DNA of 64,000 bases, taken from contig NZ_PFGL01000041.1 in the NCBI RefSeq assembly GCF_002783505.1, forward strand, positions 27,370 through 91,369. The letters are read 5' to 3'. Source of the stretch: Shewanella sp. CG12_big_fil_rev_8_21_14_0_65_47_15. Lineage in GTDB: Bacteria; Pseudomonadota; Gammaproteobacteria; Enterobacterales; Shewanellaceae. Within the stretch, counting starts at the first letter, position 1. Each line of letters starts with the position of its first letter. The notes beneath the pieces were generated by a model. The model made no database searches and was not told the DNA's origin. It was given only the letters and a program-made list of their open reading frames with translations. Shown here one piece after another: positions 8,727-18,719 of this stretch. The position numbers and the translations under genes are program-made.

Positions 8727-8783
8727 TCGAAAGAAATAATCAGTAATATCGAGTGCACTACGCTGTGCGCCTTCAAGATTAAC

Positions 8784-8810
8784 GGCTTCGATACCCTCGA
8801 GGCCGTTTTT
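8784..8810 (+). terminator. rho-independent terminator
   Basis: GGCTTCGA-TACCC-TCGAGGCC stem (one G-U pair) followed by GTTTTT. Confidence 0.6.
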
Positions 8811-8819
8811 GTATCTAGC

Positions 8820-9428
8820 GTGCAATGCGTTACCATTTATCAATGGGGCGAAAGGCGGCAAAATAGCGTTATTGCTATCGATGATAACTTAACAGAGAAC
8901 ACTCTAGTGGCGGCGTTTGCACAGTTCGATATCCAGCCTTATCAGTCATGCTATGCCCGTGAGGTGAGTGCGTTATTTCATCTTTGTGTGCGTAGTATCA
9001 GCCATACTCGTTACTCACAGGCACAACTTGCGGCATGGTCTGCGGCGCCAAGATCGGCTAAACATTGGAATTTACGCTTAAGCCGCTCCAAGGCGTGGGT
9101 AGTATTAGCCAAAGATGAAGTGACATCTGCTTCAATCTGCTGCGGTTTTATCAATGTCGAGACTCATTTTGCCCGTCAAGGTTACTTAGATAGCTTATAT
9201 ATCCACCCAGATTATCAAGGCCAGGGGTTAGGTGAACGTGCTTATCTTGTCTTAGAAGCTTGGGCTAAGGCCAAGGGATTCATGCGCTTGAGTTTAGACG
9301 CATCCTATCTCTCTAAAGGATTGTTTACCCGTATGGGATTTATTCAAATACAGCGCAGTTATCAGCAGAAACTGGGGCAAATGATCCCAGGCTTCTATAT
9401 GGAAAAGAATATGGAAAAGAATATTTAA
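8820..9428 (+). CDS. GNAT-family N-acetyltransferase
   Basis: LYIHPDYQGQGLGERAYLVLEAWAKAKG acetyl-CoA-binding motif. The start is uncertain: an in-frame GTG at 8907 would give MAAFAQFDIQPY... Confidence 0.65.
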   Translation: MQCVTIYQWGERRQNSVIAIDDNLTENTLVAAFAQFDIQPYQSCYAREVSALFHLCVRSISHTRYSQAQLAAWSAAPRSAKHWNLRLSRSKAWVVLAKDEVTSASICCGFINVETHFARQGYLDSLYIHPDYQGQGLGERAYLVLEAWAKAKGFMRLSLDASYLSKGLFTRMGFIQIQRSYQQKLGQMIPGFYMEKNMEKNI

Positions 9429-9593
9429 CATTTGTTGACTATGGTCCCACCTAAAAACTGATGTAAGGTCTTTTCTGTAAACCATTAGCCTAACGCCGTT
9501 GAATAGCATAATTTAACTTAAATCATCGCTATTTAACTTAAATTAGAATGCGGTTAATCTAAAGTGGTTAACCACTCAAGATAGGGGCTGAAA

Positions 9594-10118
9594 GTGAAGA
9601 TTCGATTATTTACGCCATCGGATGTCTCACAACTGGCGACAATCTTCGAGGCGAGTGTGATGCAAGGCTCCGGCGAATTTTACTCATTTGCCGAGCGTTC
9701 TGCATGGGCTTATATCGAGGGGGAGATCCGCAGTGAGACATATTGGCTCGAACGTTTAAAGGGAACCACTATTTGGGTCGCCGAAGCAGATAATATGCTG
9801 GTGGGGTTTATTAATCTGAAGGTCGGCTCCGACAGTGAGATTGAAGCTGCTGCCGAAGTGGAATGTTTGTTTGTTCATCCTGAATATGCGCGTTCTGGTG
9901 TGGCGACCTCTTTGTATTTTGCGTTATTTGAACAGGTTAAATTACTCGCGCTGAAACGATTAACGGTTGAGGCATCTTATCTCGCCCGGCCTTTTTTTGA
10001 AAAACAGGGATTTCACAGTATTCGCCGCAATGAGCATAAGCGCTTTTTGAATGCCGCGGATAAAGCGCAGGGTCAGCCCCAAGTGTTAGTTAACTTCAGC
10101 ATGACACTCGCGCTCTAA
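9594..10118 (+). CDS. GNAT-family N-acetyltransferase
   Basis: LFVHPEYARSGVATSLYFALFE motif. GTG start. Confidence 0.7.
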   Translation: MKIRLFTPSDVSQLATIFEASVMQGSGEFYSFAERSAWAYIEGEIRSETYWLERLKGTTIWVAEADNMLVGFINLKVGSDSEIEAAAEVECLFVHPEYARSGVATSLYFALFEQVKLLALKRLTVEASYLARPFFEKQGFHSIRRNEHKRFLNAADKAQGQPQVLVNFSMTLAL

Positions 10119-10128
10119 TGCTGTTTAC

Positions 10129-10171
10129 TGCAATACCGCTCTCGTCAGTTAAACGAGCTGGCGGTATTGCA
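10129..10171. terminator. long hairpin between convergent genes (no clear U-tract)
   Basis: 11-bp arms TGCAATACCGC / GCGGTATTGCA enclose an inner CTCGT/ACGAG stem. It lies between the GNAT stop and the pirin stop. Confidence 0.4.
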
Positions 10172-10196
10172 TTGCGCGTTAAGCTGTTCACACTGA

Positions 10197-10907
10197 TCAA
10201 GCGTTAGCCGACAAGTCGAATACTAATGCAGTGACTTGGCCACGGGTGGCAGTGAAGTCGACACTCGCCACTTGAGTCAAATGCGCGCCGTCCCCAGCCG
10301 TGAGTGGAGTGCCATTGATATCCAGCGTACCTTCAATCAATTGCACATACAGATGACGACTCGCTTGAGCGGTGGTTCTGTCCAGCGTCACTTTCTTGCC
10401 TTCGCCCAGCACTAAGCGATATAGAATCGCATCTTGTTGCACTTTGAGTGTGCCATTTTCACCATTTGGGGTCACCACAGCCGTCAGTGGTGAACTCTGC
10501 TCGAATGCCTTTTGCTGATAACCCGCATCAATGCCTAAGGTATCTGGACGGATCCAAATCTGTAAAAAATGCAGCGGCTCAGTGTTTGAGGCATTAAACT
10601 CGCTGTGGTAAATACCTTTACCCGCCGACATCAACTGAAACTCACCTGCGGGTAAGGTTTTGATATTTCCGAAACTATCTTTGTGGGCGATAGTGCCAGA
10701 GATCACGTAACTGATGATCTCCATGTCTTTATGCCCATGGGTATCGAAACCCGCACCCGGTGCAACTCTGTCATCATTGATAACTCTAAGGGATGAGATC
10801 CCCATATGCTCAGGATCATAGTAGCTAGCAAAAGAGAAGCTATGTTGACTCTTTAGCCAGCCTAAGTCAGCTTGACCACGGTCCTGCGCTTTTCTGATTG
10901 TGATCAT
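10197..10907 (-). CDS. pirin-family protein (YhhW-like, quercetinase-type cupin)
   Basis: N-terminus RKAQDRGQADLGWLKSQHSFSFASYYDP and HGHKDMEIISYV cupin metal-site residues are typical of bacterial pirins. Confidence 0.85.
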   Translation of the reverse strand: MITIRKAQDRGQADLGWLKSQHSFSFASYYDPEHMGISSLRVINDDRVAPGAGFDTHGHKDMEIISYVISGTIAHKDSFGNIKTLPAGEFQLMSAGKGIYHSEFNASNTEPLHFLQIWIRPDTLGIDAGYQQKAFEQSSPLTAVVTPNGENGTLKVQQDAILYRLVLGEGKKVTLDRTTAQASRHLYVQLIEGTLDINGTPLTAGDGAHLTQVASVDFTATRGQVTALVFDLSANA

Positions 10908-10917
10908 CTTCTTCTCC

Positions 10918-11361
10918 TTATTTGATACGGCTAGCGAATAGGTTATCTAGTGCAAATTTGCCGGCGCCAGAAAACGTTAGTGATACCGTTGCCGCTAACA
11001 GAGCTAGCCCAAATTCATAGCCATTATTGGTAAGGAACAAGCCATTACCTATATGGACCGAGAAAATTGCCACTAGCATAGTGAAGGATAACACTAGGGC
11101 GGTTGGGCGGGTCAGCAGGCCCAGCAACAGGAATAGGCCGCCGAAGAATTCGCTTGAACCCGCCATCAGTGCCATTAAGTAACCAGGCGTTAGCCCAATG
11201 GATGCCATCCATTGTCCTGTGCCTTCTAAGCCGTAACCACCAAACCAGCCAAACAGTTTTTGTGAACCATGGGCAAACAAGATGATGCCGATAGGAATGC
11301 GCAGTGCCAGCGGGGCCAAGCTTGGAGCCGACGTCAGTGTTTTAGTGATAAGTGCTTTCAT
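10918..11361 (-). CDS. DoxX-family inner-membrane protein
   Basis: 147 aa with four hydrophobic segments. FAHGSQKLFGWFGGYGL is a DoxX signature. It sits 10 nt upstream of pirin and is probably co-transcribed. Confidence 0.8.
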   Translation of the reverse strand: MKALITKTLTSAPSLAPLALRIPIGIILFAHGSQKLFGWFGGYGLEGTGQWMASIGLTPGYLMALMAGSSEFFGGLFLLLGLLTRPTALVLSFTMLVAIFSVHIGNGLFLTNNGYEFGLALLAATVSLTFSGAGKFALDNLFASRIK

Positions 11362-11521
11362 GGGATATTCCTTATTTCAAATTATTTAACGAATGTTTAA
11401 TGCGTATCTTAACTAAGTTGTTTAATCCAGTTTTCTTTGCAATTTCAGGAGAGCTGCTCCATTGCTAAGCAGTGTAGACTTGACCTTTGATAAAGAAAAT
11501 CGGAACATTTTCAATATCTGT

Positions 11522-11536
11522 TTCAAATAATTTGAA
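11522..11536. promoter_or_regulatory. candidate LysR-type operator (T-N11-A palindrome)
   Basis: TTCAAAT-A-ATTTGAA is a perfect 7-1-7 palindrome in the divergent doxX/lysR intergenic region. Confidence 0.4.
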
Positions 11537-11548
11537 TATGAGTTTTCT

Positions 11549-12442
11549 ATGTTACCTATAATGAGTTTAGATGGTTTAATTGTGCTTGATGCTATTGATA
11601 AGAAAGGTAGTTTTTCGGCTGCGGCCGAATCGTTATTTCGGGTGCCATCGGCGCTGACCTATACAGTGCAGAAACTCGAAAGCGATTTGGGGGTAAAATT
11701 ATTTGAACGTAAGGGGCAAAGGGCGGAGTTGACTCTAGTCGGTCAGTTGGTCTTGCGCCAAGGGCGGGAGATCCTTGCCGCAACATCGAGACTTGAAGAA
11801 GCGGTGCGCCAGCTTGAAACTGGCTGGGAGTCCTCGTTAACCTTAGCTATCGATACCGTCATACCGGATCTGCCCCTGTTACAACTGGTCGGTGAATTTA
11901 CCGAGTTAGGTAAGCAAGTCACCATCAACCTCAGCGAAGAATCATTAGGTGGCGGCTGGGACGCGCTCTATTCGGGTCGGGCCGACATTGCCATTGGGGT
12001 GACGGGAGAATTACCCAAGGGACAATACCATTTAGTGGAAATTGGTCAGTTGGAGTTTGTATTTGCACTAAATCCATCCCATCCACTGGCGCAATATGGG
12101 CAGCCCATCCCAACCGAGGCACTATTGCAGTTTCCATCCATTGTGGTGGCGGACAGTTCGACAGCTTTAGCGCAACGCTCGAGCGGATTATTTGATAGTC
12201 GTCAGGTCATTCGGGTACCCAATATGCAGACCAAGATTAAAGCGCAGCAGTTAGGTTTAGGTGTTGGCTATATTCCAAAACACTTGATCTTAGATGCGTT
12301 GGCATCGGGGGCATTAGTTGCCTGTGAGGTAGAAATCCCTAGGCCCGCCCAGGCGGTATTTTTAGCCTGGCGCAAGGGAAGCCAAGGTAAGGCGCTGACC
12401 TGGTTTGCCGAGCGTTTACCCCACTGTGATTGGCTATTTTAG
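11549..12442 (+). CDS. LysR-family transcriptional regulator
   Basis: N-terminal wHTH (GSFSAAAESLFRVPSALTYTVQKLESDLGVKLFER) plus a substrate-binding domain. An alternative ATG lies at 11561. Confidence 0.85.
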   Translation: MLPIMSLDGLIVLDAIDKKGSFSAAAESLFRVPSALTYTVQKLESDLGVKLFERKGQRAELTLVGQLVLRQGREILAATSRLEEAVRQLETGWESSLTLAIDTVIPDLPLLQLVGEFTELGKQVTINLSEESLGGGWDALYSGRADIAIGVTGELPKGQYHLVEIGQLEFVFALNPSHPLAQYGQPIPTEALLQFPSIVVADSSTALAQRSSGLFDSRQVIRVPNMQTKIKAQQLGLGVGYIPKHLILDALASGALVACEVEIPRPAQAVFLAWRKGSQGKALTWFAERLPHCDWLF

Positions 12443-12467
12443 CTATTTTCTTATAACACTAAACAAC

Positions 12468-12484
12468 GCCCTGAATATCAGGGC
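12468..12484. terminator. hairpin between convergent lysR and the nucleotidase gene
   Basis: GCCCTGA-ATA-TCAGGGC. A T-rich run follows downstream on the plus strand. Confidence 0.4.
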
Positions 12485-12513
12485 TTGCTCAACTATTTTT
12501 TGCCGGAACTATT

Positions 12514-14259
12514 TTAGCCGGAACGCTTTAAATGGCTGGTGTAATGTACATGGGGGGACAAAAAATCCGCAAGGTTAGGGGCCCGATTTAAGAAGCGGAT
12601 AAATGCCTGTGGAAGGGTGAGTGACTCTATCGACTCCTGCCAACGTGCCTGTAATAGCGGGTGATAACCTTCTTTGCCTGCGGCGGTATAAGAGGTTGAA
12701 ACACCAATGTATAAAGACTCGGGCTCGACGGGATACCAAAGTGACGGCCCATCTTGTTGCATCATTTCTAATTTAAAAAGACGTTCACCTAGGGGACGCC
12801 TGCCATCGTAGTAATAGCGTAAACCGTAGGTGTAGGGGAAACTGCCAGCCCCCGTGCCTCGTACACTATTGTTAGTGGCGGCGTTAATCGCCGATTCCAG
12901 TGCTTGGTAGAGGAATTGGCCTTGGATTTCATATTTAACCAGCGGTAATTCGAAGGGCAGTAATTGCCCCATCACATCCGCCAGCGTCAACTGGCCTTGG
13001 GCAACCGACTGGCGTACACCGCCCGCATTATGCAGAGCAAAGTGAACCCGAGGATCGACCAGTTTAGCTTCTTGAAACATGCTGCGGCTCACCCATGGCG
13101 CAATTTCACTGCCGTGGGGCAAAGCCTTGGACGGCAGGCGTGTATGGACTAAATTTTTCGGCACCAGAGCCAGCACTTTGTTTTCCATTTCTGCGATGGC
13201 GGGTTTGTAAATGTCTCGAATAACACCTGTGATATCGGCATCGGCATCATCCCAAAAAATATTCGGATGTTGGCGGAGCTGTTGACGCACAGCTTGATAA
13301 TCTTGGTCATCGACGGCTGTGTTGGCACTTAAGATAAACTGCTGATCGAGCATGAAATAATTGCCGCCATTTAGCGTTAGCATTTTTCCGTCGGCATCAA
13401 ACTCTATCTCGGCTAAGCCAACGACTTCGGCATATTTCCCCGCATGGACTATTGGTGTACCGTTGATGACTTCACCATAGGGCAGGTTGCTCAAACCTAG
13501 GGCGCGAAAATCCCCCTGTAGGGTATGGGTGTGCCCACCGACAATCAGGCTAATGCCATCGACTTCGGCCGCAAGGCGTTTATCCTGATCTAAACCTAAG
13601 TGGCTGAGCACTATGATGTGCTTAATCCCCTCGGCATGCAGATGTGCCACGGTTCGCGCCGTTGTACTGATGGCATCGACAAAATGAGTATCGGGATCGG
13701 GGCGGGCAATCTCCTTCATCTGATCTAGCGTAATGCCTATTATCGCTATCTTTGTATCGTAGAAGGGTTTGAGGAGATAAGTCGCTAATTGTGACTTCTC
13801 ATCAAAGGCCAAAATATTGGGAACTGTACGCAGACAGCCGAGTTTATTCACATCCTCTTGGCTTAAATCCATATTGCCCGCCAATAAAGGAAAATCGATT
13901 TGTCTGGCAAAGTCGGCGAGGCGAGCATTGCCTTCATCAATATCGTGGTTGCCTATGACCATGGCATCGGGGGCGAGCAAATTTAGCAGATGGGCGTTAG
14001 CTTTACCTTTAAAATGGCTAAAATAGAGTGTGCCTTGGAAACTGTCGCCGCCGTGCAGGAAAATAAAAGGGGTATCGATTTGTGCTGCGGCTTGACGTGC
14101 CTGAGTGATGTGGTGGCCGATACGGGCATAACCACCGCTATGGCTAGTCACATCAAACTGATGCTGGCCTATATTAAGGCTAAATTGCACGCGGCTCGGT
14201 TCAAAGTTTGAATGTGTATCGTTGATATGCGCGAGTGAGAGTTTGTAGCTCTGTATCAT
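12514..14259 (-). CDS. bifunctional metallophosphatase / 5'-nucleotidase (UshA-like), no signal peptide seen
   Basis: Calcineurin-like motifs (HINDTHS, GGDSFQGT, GNHDID, GGHTH) and a C-terminal 5'-nucleotidase domain. Confidence 0.8.
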   Translation of the reverse strand: MIQSYKLSLAHINDTHSNFEPSRVQFSLNIGQHQFDVTSHSGGYARIGHHITQARQAAAQIDTPFIFLHGGDSFQGTLYFSHFKGKANAHLLNLLAPDAMVIGNHDIDEGNARLADFARQIDFPLLAGNMDLSQEDVNKLGCLRTVPNILAFDEKSQLATYLLKPFYDTKIAIIGITLDQMKEIARPDPDTHFVDAISTTARTVAHLHAEGIKHIIVLSHLGLDQDKRLAAEVDGISLIVGGHTHTLQGDFRALGLSNLPYGEVINGTPIVHAGKYAEVVGLAEIEFDADGKMLTLNGGNYFMLDQQFILSANTAVDDQDYQAVRQQLRQHPNIFWDDADADITGVIRDIYKPAIAEMENKVLALVPKNLVHTRLPSKALPHGSEIAPWVSRSMFQEAKLVDPRVHFALHNAGGVRQSVAQGQLTLADVMGQLLPFELPLVKYEIQGQFLYQALESAINAATNNSVRGTGAGSFPYTYGLRYYYDGRRPLGERLFKLEMMQQDGPSLWYPVEPESLYIGVSTSYTAAGKEGYHPLLQARWQESIESLTLPQAFIRFLNRAPNLADFLSPHVHYTSHLKRSG

Positions 14260-14286
14260 AACTTACCTCTATTACGGCGGGTGAGT

Positions 14287-14322
14287 ATATACCCAAGCGA
14301 CCTCAAAATGCGAGGCTCAGAC
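14287..14322 (-). repeat. short intergenic repeat, copy B (inverted relative to 7994-8029)
   Basis: The reverse complement reads GTCTGAGCCTCGCATTTTGAGGTCGCTTGGGTATAT. Confidence 0.5.
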
Positions 14323-14343
14323 GGTTCTGAGTCATTTGCATTC

Positions 14344-14373
14344 TAAAAGAATAAAGGGAGCTAGGCTCCCTTT
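14344..14373 (-). terminator. rho-independent terminator of the CNNM/CBS gene
   Basis: AAAGGGAGC-TAG-GCTCCCTTT hairpin followed on the minus strand by TATTCTTTT. Confidence 0.65.
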
Positions 14374-14403
14374 ATATTAACAAGTACTAAACTTGCTTAG
14401 CCT

Positions 14404-15495
14404 TCAGCCGGATTTGGCTTCGTCATCATCGGCTGCGGCTTCAAAGTCGCCGTCATCGGAGAGGCGAATTCCCTTTTGTTTCATGCGTTTGGTCCAGAGT
14501 TTACGGGCCAATTGCTGCATGTCGGTCGCGGGGTCGTTTAAATCGACAATCTCTAATCCCAACATGGATTCGATAATATCTTCTTGGGTCACAATACCTT
14601 GGCTACTGCCGTACTCGTCGACCACCATAGCAATTTGAGTGTTACGTTTAATCATACGCTCAAATAATGGCAAAATTTTTGCGGTCTCAGGCACGACAAA
14701 TAAACTGCGTTTCAATTCGCCTATTGGACTATCCGGCGTGTAGCGCTCGGCCAGTAATACATCGGTTCGGGTGATATAACCGATAATATCGTCATGATCC
14801 TGATCGTACACTGGAATACGGGTAAAGGGCTTATCACGATATTGGCGCACGAACTCATTTTGCGTTAAATCCACAGGTAGCGAGAACATCACTGTGCGCG
14901 GCGTCATGATGGCGGTGACGGGCATATCGCGCACCTTGAGCATTTGCGTCAAAATCTTAGACTCTTGCTCATCGAGTTCGCCCGACTCATGGCCGATTTT
15001 CGCCATGGCACTCATTTCTTGACGAATATATTGGCCTTCTTCGCCTTTCCCTAAAAAGTGAGTGACCTTATGTGACAGCCAAATCAAGGGCTGAGTGACT
15101 CGCTTCATCCAAGTAATCGCAATTGAAACACTCGGTGCAAGGCGACGCCAATGGTTAGCTCCCACAGATTTAGGAATAATCTCCGAGAAGAACAAAATAA
15201 TAAAGGTCAATACCCCAGAGAAAACGCCCAGCATGTCATCCCCAAATACTTTCGCCGCTTGGGCACCCGCAACGGCGGCACCTACAGTATGGGCAATAGT
15301 ATTTAAGGTGAGAATCGACACTAATGGTGCTTCGACGTTATCTTTGAGTTTACGTAATCTTGCGGCCGCAGCACTGTCAGTTTGGTCGAGCGAGGCGATA
15401 TAACTAGGGGTAACCGAGAGCAAAACAGCTTCGAATACACTGCACAGAAAAGAAACCGCGACAGCGACAAGCACTATAATGATGAGGGTTAACAT
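14404..15495 (-). CDS. CNNM (DUF21) transmembrane + CBS-pair protein (CorB/HlyC-CorC-family transporter-like)
   Basis: N-terminal DUF21 helices ([13 protein letters not shown]) and a CBS-pair region ([13 protein letters not shown]...). The C-terminal tail is acidic. Confidence 0.8.
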   Translation of the reverse strand: MLTLIIIVLVAVAVSFLCSVFEAVLLSVTPSYIASLDQTDSAAAARLRKLKDNVEAPLVSILTLNTIAHTVGAAVAGAQAAKVFGDDMLGVFSGVLTFIILFFSEIIPKSVGANHWRRLAPSVSIAITWMKRVTQPLIWLSHKVTHFLGKGEEGQYIRQEMSAMAKIGHESGELDEQESKILTQMLKVRDMPVTAIMTPRTVMFSLPVDLTQNEFVRQYRDKPFTRIPVYDQDHDDIIGYITRTDVLLAERYTPDSPIGELKRSLFVVPETAKILPLFERMIKRNTQIAMVVDEYGSSQGIVTQEDIIESMLGLEIVDLNDPATDMQQLARKLWTKRMKQKGIRLSDDGDFEAAADDDEAKSG

Positions 15496-15639
15496 ATAGG
15501 TGGTATTACAACTCCGTATTTTAGGCCAACGTTAGCCCAGCGAGATTCTATCATAGTCGAGTCGTGTTGCTGGCTAAAAAATTTTTGCGTCTGTATAATT
15601 CGCCGCCCTGTTGCAGGTTTTGGTGTTGAGGTGAGTGGT

Positions 15640-16761
15640 ATGAGTGAAAAGAAGATCAATTTATTAGACCTTGATCGTAAGGCGATGCGTGCCTTGTTTG
15701 CCGATCTCGGAGAGAAACCTTTCCGTGCCGATCAGCTCATGAAATGGATCTATCATTTCGGCGTCAGTGACTTCGAAGAAATGACCAACATCAATAAAGT
15801 GCTACGCCAAAAACTGGCGGCGCGCTGCGAGATCGTCGCTCCTGAAATTTCCAGTTTCCAAAAATCCACCGATGGCACTATTAAGTTCGCCATTCATGTC
15901 GGTGAAGGCCAAGAAGTCGAAACTGTCTACATTCCCGAAGATGACCGCGCCACTTTATGTGTGTCATCACAGGTAGGCTGCGCCCTTGAATGCACTTTCT
16001 GCTCCACTGCCCAGCAGGGTTTTAACCGTAACTTGACCGTGTCTGAGATCGTTGGCCAAATCTGGCGCGTGTCGCACTTTTTAGGTTTTGCAAAGGACAC
16101 TGGCGATCGGCCTATTACAAACGTAGTCATGATGGGCATGGGCGAGCCTCTGCTCAACTTAGCCAACGTCATCCCTGCGATGGATATCATGCTCGATGAT
16201 TTTGGTTTTAGTTTATCAAAACGCCGCGTGACTCTATCTACTTCGGGGGTTGTGCCTGCGCTTGATAAACTCGGCGACGCCTTAGATGTGGCTCTTGCCG
16301 TGAGTATTCACGCTCCTAACGATGAGCTACGTGACATCCTTGTGCCTGTGAATAAAAAATATCCGTTGCAGGAGTTTCTTGCGGGGATCCGTCGCTATAT
16401 TGCTAAATCGAATGCTAACCGTGGCCGCGTGACCGTTGAATATGTGATGCTCGATCATATCAACGACAGTACTGAGCAAGCCCACGAACTTGCGAAATTA
16501 ATGCAGGATACCCCTTGTAAGGTTAACCTTATTCCATTTAATCCGTATCCAGGTTCCCCCTACGGCCGCTCATCAAATTCACGAATCGATCGTTTTTCAA
16601 AGGTACTGATGGAATACGGTTTAACCGTGATAGTGCGTAAGACCCGCGGTGATGATATCGATGCTGCCTGTGGCCAGTTAGCGGGTGATATTCGCGACAG
16701 AACTAAGCGTTTGGCAAAAAAACGCATGCAAGAAAATCAGATTTCAGTCACAATGAATTAA
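15640..16761 (+). CDS. rlmN: 23S rRNA/tRNA adenine-C2 methyltransferase RlmN (radical SAM)
   Basis: [10 protein letters not shown] radical-SAM cluster motif and end-to-end similarity to enterobacterial RlmN. I prefer the ATG at 15640 over the GTG at 15631. Confidence 0.9.
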   Translation: MSEKKINLLDLDRKAMRALFADLGEKPFRADQLMKWIYHFGVSDFEEMTNINKVLRQKLAARCEIVAPEISSFQKSTDGTIKFAIHVGEGQEVETVYIPEDDRATLCVSSQVGCALECTFCSTAQQGFNRNLTVSEIVGQIWRVSHFLGFAKDTGDRPITNVVMMGMGEPLLNLANVIPAMDIMLDDFGFSLSKRRVTLSTSGVVPALDKLGDALDVALAVSIHAPNDELRDILVPVNKKYPLQEFLAGIRRYIAKSNANRGRVTVEYVMLDHINDSTEQAHELAKLMQDTPCKVNLIPFNPYPGSPYGRSSNSRIDRFSKVLMEYGLTVIVRKTRGDDIDAACGQLAGDIRDRTKRLAKKRMQENQISVTMN

Positions 16762-16793
16762 CTCTTTGTTTGCACAGATTTATAGGCTTGCCC

Positions 16794-17582
16794 ATGAAGC
16801 ATGGATTGTCAGGGTTTTCATTAGCACTTGCGCTGTCATTGTTAATGACTGGGTGTGTGACTGAGCGTACCTATACGGGAACAGATATTCCAGTTTCGGA
16901 ACGGAAATTAGATAGGGTCGCCGCTGCCCGGGAGCGTATGCAACTCGGTTTAACCTATTTGAATCGAGGTAACTCGGAACAGGCTAAATATAATCTTGAT
17001 AAAGCAATAGAATATGCGCCAGAGCTGGAAGATGTCCATATCGCGATGGCCTATTACTACCAAACCGTAGGCGATCTTGTTCGCACAGAACAGTCTTATC
17101 AAGACGCGATCAGTACTAAGGATGTCTCCGGTGATTCCATGAATAATTTTGGGGTGTTTTTGTGTCAACAAAAGCAATACGACAAAGCTGAAAAAATGTT
17201 TTTGGCCGCAATAGAAATGCCCAAATATACGCGAACCGCGTCGAGTTATGAGAACTTAGGTCTTTGTAGTCGGCAATCGGGACAAGCAGAAAAGGCACGA
17301 CAGTATTTTCAGATGGCGTTAAAGTATGACCCGAGACGCTCGGTGTCATTGCTGGAGTTGGCCGAGCTTGAAGTTGAACAGGGTGATTTTATCAAGGCGC
17401 GTAACCAATTAGCGCAATATCACCAAGTGGCGGCCCAGACTCCAGAGAGTTTAGCGCTCGGAATAAAAATAGAGCAGGCAATGAATGATGATGCTGCTGT
17501 TAAGAAATTTGGTATTTTATTGCTTGCCAAATTTCCAGCATCACCTCAGGCCAAGCAATACAGAGTTAATTTGCATCAATGA
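16794..17582 (+). CDS. pilW: type IV pilus biogenesis/stability TPR lipoprotein PilW (PilF-like)
   Basis: Lipobox LLMTGC, TPR repeats, and the conserved position between rlmN and rodZ. Confidence 0.75.
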   Translation: MKHGLSGFSLALALSLLMTGCVTERTYTGTDIPVSERKLDRVAAARERMQLGLTYLNRGNSEQAKYNLDKAIEYAPELEDVHIAMAYYYQTVGDLVRTEQSYQDAISTKDVSGDSMNNFGVFLCQQKQYDKAEKMFLAAIEMPKYTRTASSYENLGLCSRQSGQAEKARQYFQMALKYDPRRSVSLLELAELEVEQGDFIKARNQLAQYHQVAAQTPESLALGIKIEQAMNDDAAVKKFGILLLAKFPASPQAKQYRVNLHQ

Positions 17583-18664
17583 AAGATCAAGAAATAAATG
17601 CGCCTGTTGAACCTAGTGAAATCGAGTCGACGGCGCCTGATGTAACGCTTGGAAGTGTATTAAAATCCGCCCGTGAAAAAATGGGGCTTAGCATCGCAGA
17701 CGCGGCGGTGAAACTGCATCTGCGTCCCCGTATCGTGGAAGACATTGAAGCAAACAACTTCATCAATATTGCTTCTTCCACTTATGTCCGTGGCTATGTC
17801 AAAAACTATGCGCGAATGGTTGGCGCCGATACCCAGCTCATCGAGGCCTGCCTAGCAAGGCAGGTGCCCACTGTGACTGAGCCTGCCATGCAGAGTTTTT
17901 CACGCAAGACAACCTATCAAGCTCGTGACACTAAATTAAAGTGGCTGAGCTTTTTTATTGTTATCGTGTTACTCGGATTGCTCGTGGTGTGGTGGATGCA
18001 AAAATCGACCTTGTTAACCCATGTCGACGTATCTCAACCGACCGCAGAAGAAGTGGCCGCCGCCAATCAAACCCTACCTGGTGATGTGTTGCTGACCGAA
18101 ACCGATGCGAGTCAACAATTGACTGAAATAGCCGCTAACGGCTCTATGTCAATCGATGGTCCGATAAAAGATACCGATATGAGCACTGTCGATGCCCGCT
18201 CTGCCGATATCAGCACAGGACCTACGGACGATCATTATTCTCAAACGGTTGATACCAGCAATGAAGATGGTGGCTCAGCTACCGCCACAGCGCCGCAAAC
18301 GACCGCACCCGTAGCTCAGATTCCGCAGCCAGTAGTTCAACAGTCTGTCGCAACAGCAACACCTTCACCCGCCTCAACATCACCCGCCACCTCCGTAAAC
18401 ACTCAGGGCGCTATTGCTGGTCAATCGATTATTGATGTTCAGTTGACGGGTGATTGCTGGATCAACATTGTCGATGCTAAAGGCCAAGCCTTAGTCGACG
18501 GTGTTAAAGGTGCTGGCGCTACAGTGCAAGTGAGCGGTGTGCCACCGTTTAAAATTATTTTAGGTGCGCCCCATGTGGCGACCTTAAGTTTAGATGGTCA
18601 AATGGTTAGCTTAGCGGATTTCCCCAAAGGCCGTGTTGCACGTTTGACCCTACCTAAAATTTAG
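17579..18664 (+). CDS. rodZ: cytoskeleton protein RodZ
   Basis: XRE-type HTH, a single TM segment, a low-complexity linker and a C-terminal DUF4115-like domain. The ATGA overlaps the pilW stop. Confidence 0.8.
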   Translation: MKDQEINAPVEPSEIESTAPDVTLGSVLKSAREKMGLSIADAAVKLHLRPRIVEDIEANNFINIASSTYVRGYVKNYARMVGADTQLIEACLARQVPTVTEPAMQSFSRKTTYQARDTKLKWLSFFIVIVLLGLLVVWWMQKSTLLTHVDVSQPTAEEVAAANQTLPGDVLLTETDASQQLTEIAANGSMSIDGPIKDTDMSTVDARSADISTGPTDDHYSQTVDTSNEDGGSATATAPQTTAPVAQIPQPVVQQSVATATPSPASTSPATSVNTQGAIAGQSIIDVQLTGDCWINIVDAKGQALVDGVKGAGATVQVSGVPPFKIILGAPHVATLSLDGQMVSLADFPKGRVARLTLPKI

Positions 18665-18719
18665 TGAAGTGTTAGGCGATTCGCTGCAGCAGAACGTACC
18701 GAAATAGAGTGTATTTAGC

